64,000 nucleotides of DNA from assembly GCA_018396535.1 (NCBI GenBank), contig JAGTQC010000004.1, positions 96,569-160,568 on the forward strand, written 5' to 3'. Below are positions 59,365 to 64,000 of this stretch, piece by piece. The position numbers were made by a program, and so were the translations under genes. How positions within the stretch are numbered: the stretch's first letter is position 1; each line of letters opens with the position of its first letter. Origin of the DNA: Candidatus Bathyarchaeota archaeon. Its GTDB lineage: Archaea; Thermoproteota; CALKCG01; B24; DRYS01. The notes below the pieces were generated by a model that did no database searches, was not told the origin of the DNA, and saw nothing but the letters and a program-made list of their open reading frames with translations.

Positions 59365-60441
59365 TTAAACACTCAGCCTCCTCTCAATCTTAAGCTTAGA
59401 TAGTTTCTCCAATGCTTCCAACGTCTGTAGGCTCGACTCCTTTATATCTATCCACCCTGCCTCCGCAGCTTCTTCTAAAAATTTAGCCATACCCCTCCCC
59501 CTAGCTATAACTATATTCCACTTCTCAAGACCTAGACTACCCACTGATATATCAGCTAATCTAGCTGAAAAATCCTTACAAGATAGACAGCAACCATACG
59601 GTTTCACAGATACTCTCCTAATAGGAATCTCAAACACTCTACCATCTACAAGCTTAACTATGAATCTACCATGCTTTATATTCAGCTTATACAAGAATTG
59701 CTCAGGTAAGTTAAGCTTAGAAGCTAGAGTTGATCTGAGACTATCGTATGGGAATGCCTCGAAGCAGAATAAACCGATTACTAAATTTAATTTCGATTCC
59801 ACCCCTTTAACCTTATATTGCGATATCCTCCTAGCTGCTGTAGCTATATGCGGCATACCCACACAAGCTATACTCTTCGCCCCCATCCTACTAGCTTCTC
59901 TAAATTTATAGAGGATTGGTGCAAGACTGTACCTTGAGCCAGCACATTCCATAACCTCTTCTATACTCGTAGCGATAGTTGGAATAGGTTTAAACGGATT
60001 ATCACCAGATGGTTTAGTAGCTAAAACAGCATCTACTAATCCGGACTCCAATGCGTAGCATAGTATAGACGTTACAGTACCTCCATCCTGAGCTAGATCC
60101 AATATCCTTTGATTACGACTCCTAGATTCGTATATCCTCTCATAGTATCCATATACTCTTTCTGGAGGCTTATCTAGAGAAAATATCTTCTCCTCAAATC
60201 TATCTTGATCGGTGAGAGTCTGCGGGCATACATTATAGCATAGGCCGCACCTAACGCACTCGCCTATAAGTCTAGGTCTAAGCTCCGATAGATTAAAATC
60301 TATAACTTGTATAGGGCATATCGTATAACATGCAGCACAAGAAGTACATAGATCGGTTGAAACAATACTCCTATCTAGATCATCAAATCCTATCCTCATC
60401 CTAGCGTCTGTTCTAATAGTCATCGATTCATAAAGATTCAA
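59365..60441 (-). CDS. F420 hydrogenase/dehydrogenase beta subunit (FrhB/FdhB) family protein with N-terminal 2x[4Fe-4S] domain
   Basis: CTSCAACYTICP, CVRCGLCYNVCP, AQDGG, AGSRY, GLFC and C..C.DF...ADISVG. Confidence 0.88.
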   Translation of the reverse strand: MNLYESMTIRTDARMRIGFDDLDRSIVSTDLCTSCAACYTICPIQVIDFNLSELRPRLIGECVRCGLCYNVCPQTLTDQDRFEEKIFSLDKPPERVYGYYERIYESRSRNQRILDLAQDGGTVTSILCYALESGLVDAVLATKPSGDNPFKPIPTIATSIEEVMECAGSRYSLAPILYKFREASRMGAKSIACVGMPHIATAARRISQYKVKGVESKLNLVIGLFCFEAFPYDSLRSTLASKLNLPEQFLYKLNIKHGRFIVKLVDGRVFEIPIRRVSVKPYGCCLSCKDFSARLADISVGSLGLEKWNIVIARGRGMAKFLEEAAEAGWIDIKESSLQTLEALEKLSKLKIERRLSV

Positions 60442-60512
60442 CGTTTATTTAAAAGAATTTCCTAATCATACTATGAGTTATCCGTATCAAGTATTTGATA
60501 TACAAGTTACGT

Positions 60513-61757
60513 TTAAGATAGCTGCTTCATGAAATCTATTATATCGTGCAAATCCCCATCTAATATCTTAGTAAGATAGCCTGATCTAACCATATATATA
60601 GTTATATGCTTAATTCCCTCACGATATATAAATAAACTAGAATAATTTATCAACTCTGTATAAGGGTCTAGAGGCTTCAAACTAGATGGATACCCTGTGT
60701 AATACCCCTTAGCCGGATCTATTATAGCTATCCTACCACCTTGAGCTGGTATAGCTATAGACATATGACTTCCACCATCGAATAGAGTTATATTTAGAAT
60801 CCATGTTACATACTCTCTCCCATACACATACCTCTCGTAAGCTTTTATAAGTGCGTAGAGAAGTATTGTTTGATCCTCGCTATCGCCATAACCGCGTTTA
60901 AGAGTCTCTATAGGTGAGAGAACAACCCTACTATACGTCTCTAATCTATAACCACCTTCTTCCAGCATAATAGCCGTCGGTGGATATGGTATAGGAGGGT
61001 CATACGCATATTCTACATGACTTTTAACATACAAGTAGATCTCCCTGATAGATGACCAATAATCAGATGGGTAAGTTATAAGAGCTCGTACGATCCATTC
61101 AAGTTCACCTATTTCCTCACTACTAAGAACTCTAGGTATAGATTCCTGGAGCGATAAATATGATAACATATATCTACGCCAATTATCATAGTTCCTAGAT
61201 AGATTAGCATATCGAGCTTTAAGCATATCATACGACTCTAGAAGCTTATCATACGATGATCTAAGCTGATAATACTGTAGTCGGATACTCGTGTAGCTTA
61301 CGTTAAGTTCATCAAACGATTTCTGGAGGGCATAATATTCTCTAACTATATTCTCATAACGTTTCTCTAAGATGCTATATGTATCGTTAAGCTTGTTATA
61401 CATGTGTCTAAGTACCATATATTCACTCATAAGATCGTTATATCCAGATTGTAATTCGATATAGCTTCTCTCTAATTCTCCATATAGATCCTCTAAAACG
61501 TTATACTCCAATAGTATATCCATATAGCTAGTATTCAACTGCATGTAACTATCGTTAAGTTGCATATACCTGTACGATAGCTCGTTAAACCTACCTTCAA
61601 GCCTACGATAATCATTCAAGAGGGACGTATAATCCATCCTCAACCTATTATACTCATTAGATAATAAATTGTACCTATTATTAAAGTATATTGCAAATGC
61701 AGCTCCTAGAACAGCTATAGCTAAAGATACAGCTATTAGAAGTTTATAGTCGAGCAT
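60513..61757 (-). CDS. Membrane-anchored coiled-coil protein with C-terminal transglutaminase-like domain
   Basis: N-terminal TM; more than 20 L-x3-Y heptads; VEYAYD, SPIETL...GDSED, H and DP motifs. Confidence 0.75.
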   Translation of the reverse strand: MLDYKLLIAVSLAIAVLGAAFAIYFNNRYNLLSNEYNRLRMDYTSLLNDYRRLEGRFNELSYRYMQLNDSYMQLNTSYMDILLEYNVLEDLYGELERSYIELQSGYNDLMSEYMVLRHMYNKLNDTYSILEKRYENIVREYYALQKSFDELNVSYTSIRLQYYQLRSSYDKLLESYDMLKARYANLSRNYDNWRRYMLSYLSLQESIPRVLSSEEIGELEWIVRALITYPSDYWSSIREIYLYVKSHVEYAYDPPIPYPPTAIMLEEGGYRLETYSRVVLSPIETLKRGYGDSEDQTILLYALIKAYERYVYGREYVTWILNITLFDGGSHMSIAIPAQGGRIAIIDPAKGYYTGYPSSLKPLDPYTELINYSSLFIYREGIKHITIYMVRSGYLTKILDGDLHDIIDFMKQLS

Positions 61758-61894
61758 AGTATACCCTCCGATATAGTGTTAGATCAGGTGTCTACCTTAA
61801 ATTGTTATCTACGACTACGACACTAGGTATGCTAAAAGGCTAGATTACCCTAGTGAACTTTTAAAACTTATCAAACATGATGTTAGATTTAGCT

Positions 61895-62773
61895 ATGAAG
61901 ATAGGGATACTCACTAGGAATCCTCAAGCTTGGTGTAACCTTCAACTTAAACAAGCTATGGTTAAACTCGGCGTAACCCCTGTATGCTTCAGCTTTAAAG
62001 ATGTAATGGGGACGATAGGGCTGGGTGCTGGCGTAACGCTTAACGGGAAGCCTATAGAAGGTGAGTTATCAGCTGTTATAGTAAGACCAATAGGTTCAGG
62101 TTCTTTGGAGCAGATAATACTTAGAGTAGATCTACTTAAAGCTATGGAATACTTAGGTGTTAAGGTTGTTAATAGAGGTGAAGCTATCGAGAAAGCTGTC
62201 GATAAATACTACTCGCTACTGTTATTAGATAGGAGTGGTATACCAGTCCCTGCTACCATAGCGACAGAAAGTTATGGTGAAGCTTTAAAGGGTTATAAGA
62301 TGCTTGGTAAGGATACGGTTTTAAAACCTATATTCGGATCTAGGGGTGTAGGTGTAGCTAGGGTTGAAGTAGATGATGTAGCTGTAAGAATATTTAGGCT
62401 TCTATCAAGTCAACGTTCGGTTATATATCTCCAAAGCTATATACCGCACGGATTCTCAGATATAAGAGCGTTCGTTATAGGTGATAGGGTTGTAGCAGCA
62501 GCTAGGAGAGTATCCAGCTATTGGAAGACTAATGTAGCTCAAGGTGCATGGACTAAACCAGTCAAGCTAACTCCAGAATTAGAGGAAACCGCTATAAAAT
62601 CTGCATCTGTACTTGGATGCGAAGTTGCAGGAGTAGATATAATGATTAGTAGGGACGGTTTTTTTGTAAACGAAGTCAATAGCCAACCAGATTGGAGAGG
62701 TCTACAATCTACTACAAGCATAAATATAGCTGAGGAGATTATTCGCTACGTACTATCTGAACTTAGAGGTTAG
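61895..62773 (+). CDS. RimK-family ATP-grasp alpha-L-glutamate ligase (MptN/CofF-like)
   Basis: KPIFGSRGVG, DIRAFV, WKTNVAQG, GVD and EVNSQP; the ORF track starts at 61877. Confidence 0.85.
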   Translation: MKIGILTRNPQAWCNLQLKQAMVKLGVTPVCFSFKDVMGTIGLGAGVTLNGKPIEGELSAVIVRPIGSGSLEQIILRVDLLKAMEYLGVKVVNRGEAIEKAVDKYYSLLLLDRSGIPVPATIATESYGEALKGYKMLGKDTVLKPIFGSRGVGVARVEVDDVAVRIFRLLSSQRSVIYLQSYIPHGFSDIRAFVIGDRVVAAARRVSSYWKTNVAQGAWTKPVKLTPELEETAIKSASVLGCEVAGVDIMISRDGFFVNEVNSQPDWRGLQSTTSINIAEEIIRYVLSELRG

Positions 62774-63539
62774 GATAATATCTTCTTATGAAGTCTACGC
62801 TTTTATAAGCATTCTCAACTAGATCGTACTCGCCGTGGTGTGTTTCGAAAACAGCTACCTTCAAGTTTGCTTTCGATATCGATCTTACTATACTAGGCCA
62901 ATCGATCGAACCTAGCCCTAATTGATAGTGGTCTCTCCCATCTACTATATCGTGCAAATGTACTGCATACATCCTACTCTCCATACTCTTAATGAAATCT
63001 TGTAGCCTCCCCCCACTCCTATATGTATGTGCTATATCTAGTGTTAGCATAACCATGGGGTATCGATCTAAAACTTCTAATAGAGTCATGTAATCTGAGA
63101 AGATGTATCCTCGATCATCATTCTCGATTGTTACGGTAGCTGAAGGTTTTAAAGCTAGTATCTCTCTCAAACTCCTTATAGCGTTATCTATAGCGAATTC
63201 TCGCTGTATGGTATATGTTAGGTTTCCACCTAGATGTATCTCGTAGTATAATGCGTCCACAGCCTCGCCTGTTTTTACCATACGTATAGCGTATGATACG
63301 CTAAGTCTTCTAACATCTTCTAAGGGTGCTGATAAATCAAAATTCTTCGTAGGCGTATGGAAGGATACTTCTAATCCGTATGAAGCCCTTATCCTACGTA
63401 GCCACTCTAAATCTAGATACTCTGCTTCAGGTGAACAGTGTATTGATATAGCTTGAAAACCGTAATCGTAGGCTCTAGCTAGGAGGAGATCGGCTTTACT
63501 CCTACCTACCTCTGAGGGTATGGGTATTGAAAGTAGCAT
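62763..63539 (-). CDS. Xylose isomerase-like TIM barrel protein (sugar phosphate isomerase / AP endonuclease 2 family)
   Basis: H.P, IEN, LDIAH, VHLHD, DH..LG.G.IDW and FE. Confidence 0.8.
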   Translation of the reverse strand: MLLSIPIPSEVGRSKADLLLARAYDYGFQAISIHCSPEAEYLDLEWLRRIRASYGLEVSFHTPTKNFDLSAPLEDVRRLSVSYAIRMVKTGEAVDALYYEIHLGGNLTYTIQREFAIDNAIRSLREILALKPSATVTIENDDRGYIFSDYMTLLEVLDRYPMVMLTLDIAHTYRSGGRLQDFIKSMESRMYAVHLHDIVDGRDHYQLGLGSIDWPSIVRSISKANLKVAVFETHHGEYDLVENAYKSVDFIRRYYPNL

Positions 63540-63651
63540 AGATTAATCCTGCTTCTTCAGAATAATGGTTGAGGATATTAGTCTTTCTTCATAGTCTAGC
63601 TACGTAATTAGGTTTAAGATGATAGTCGTAGCGTATTAATCTAGATTAATT

Positions 63652-64000
63652 ATGGCACAGCTATCATCTATAATACTTGCCGGTGGATCTTCTAGAAGAC
63701 TCGGTCAATGTAAGGCTCTAGTAGATATTCTAGGTAAGCCTATGATAAGCTATGTATATGAAGCTGCATCATCCATATCCGATGAAGTGATAGTGGTGAT
63801 ATCTAGAGATATGGATTCAACTATAATAGAGAGGATTGTATCCGATGCTAGAGTAGTTAGAGAGGATTATGAAGCTTTAGGTCCTCTTAGAGCAGCGTTA
63901 GAAGGGTGGAAGAATGCAAGGGGTGAAAGCTCTATACTACTCTCATGCGATATACCTCTCGTATCCTCGGAAATCCTATCTATACTATACGAGACTATGG
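63652..64000 (+). CDS. mobA: Molybdenum cofactor guanylyltransferase, 3'-partial
   Basis: MAQLSSIILAGGSSRRLGQCKAL...GKPMI...GPL...LLSCDIP; not in the ORF track because it runs off the window. Confidence 0.85.
   Translation, partial: MAQLSSIILAGGSSRRLGQCKALVDILGKPMISYVYEAASSISDEVIVVISRDMDSTIIERIVSDARVVREDYEALGPLRAALEGWKNARGESSILLSCDIPLVSSEILSILYETM

Noticed and set aside
821-62721. Numerous antisense or nested ORFs (e.g. 3339..3929, 13867..14529, 14781..15329, 27391..27951, 33908..34762, 54594..55145)
   Set aside because: They are shadows of well-supported genes with Ser/Ile/Leu-rich composition and no motifs.
1-64000. CRISPR array, IS elements, prophage or defence system
   Set aside because: No repeat-spacer pattern and no transposase, integrase, capsid or cas motifs seen.

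Overview
Gene-dense archaeal chromosomal segment. EF-2, proteasome beta, GINS and surface-protein features point to TACK/Thermoproteota, most plausibly Bathyarchaeia; this is inference from sequence character only. Content is mostly housekeeping: a large S-layer-like glycoprotein split by one frameshift, the L3-L4-L23-L2-S19 cluster, thermosome, proteasome beta, CDC48, prefoldin, a four-subunit 2-oxoacid:ferredoxin oxidoreductase, FEN-1, XPF-GINS-MCM-Hel308, class III RNR, arcTGT, ABC/ECF transporters, two AOR-family enzymes, modified mevalonate pathway genes (UbiD plus AcnX large/small), cofD-cofC, an FrhB-family protein and tRNA-Ala(TGC). I saw no CRISPR array, integrase, transposase or intein. 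The standout finding is a 32-nt non-triplet, stop-containing insertion in the essential EF-2 gene (28571..28602, minus strand). It folds into a bulge-helix-bulge (BHB) motif, and cutting at the canonical endonuclease positions exactly restores the conserved QIRNIGIIAHVDHGKT. This is a predicted tRNA-endonuclease-type intron in a protein-coding mRNA. Secondary observations: non-canonical starts (ATA for rps17e, CTG for an ABC permease), nucleotide-identical tracts between the CDC48 D1 and D2 domains, a codon-usage patch in the thermosome gene, a possible SD-sequestering RNA switch before the ECF operon, and strong CTAG enrichment.
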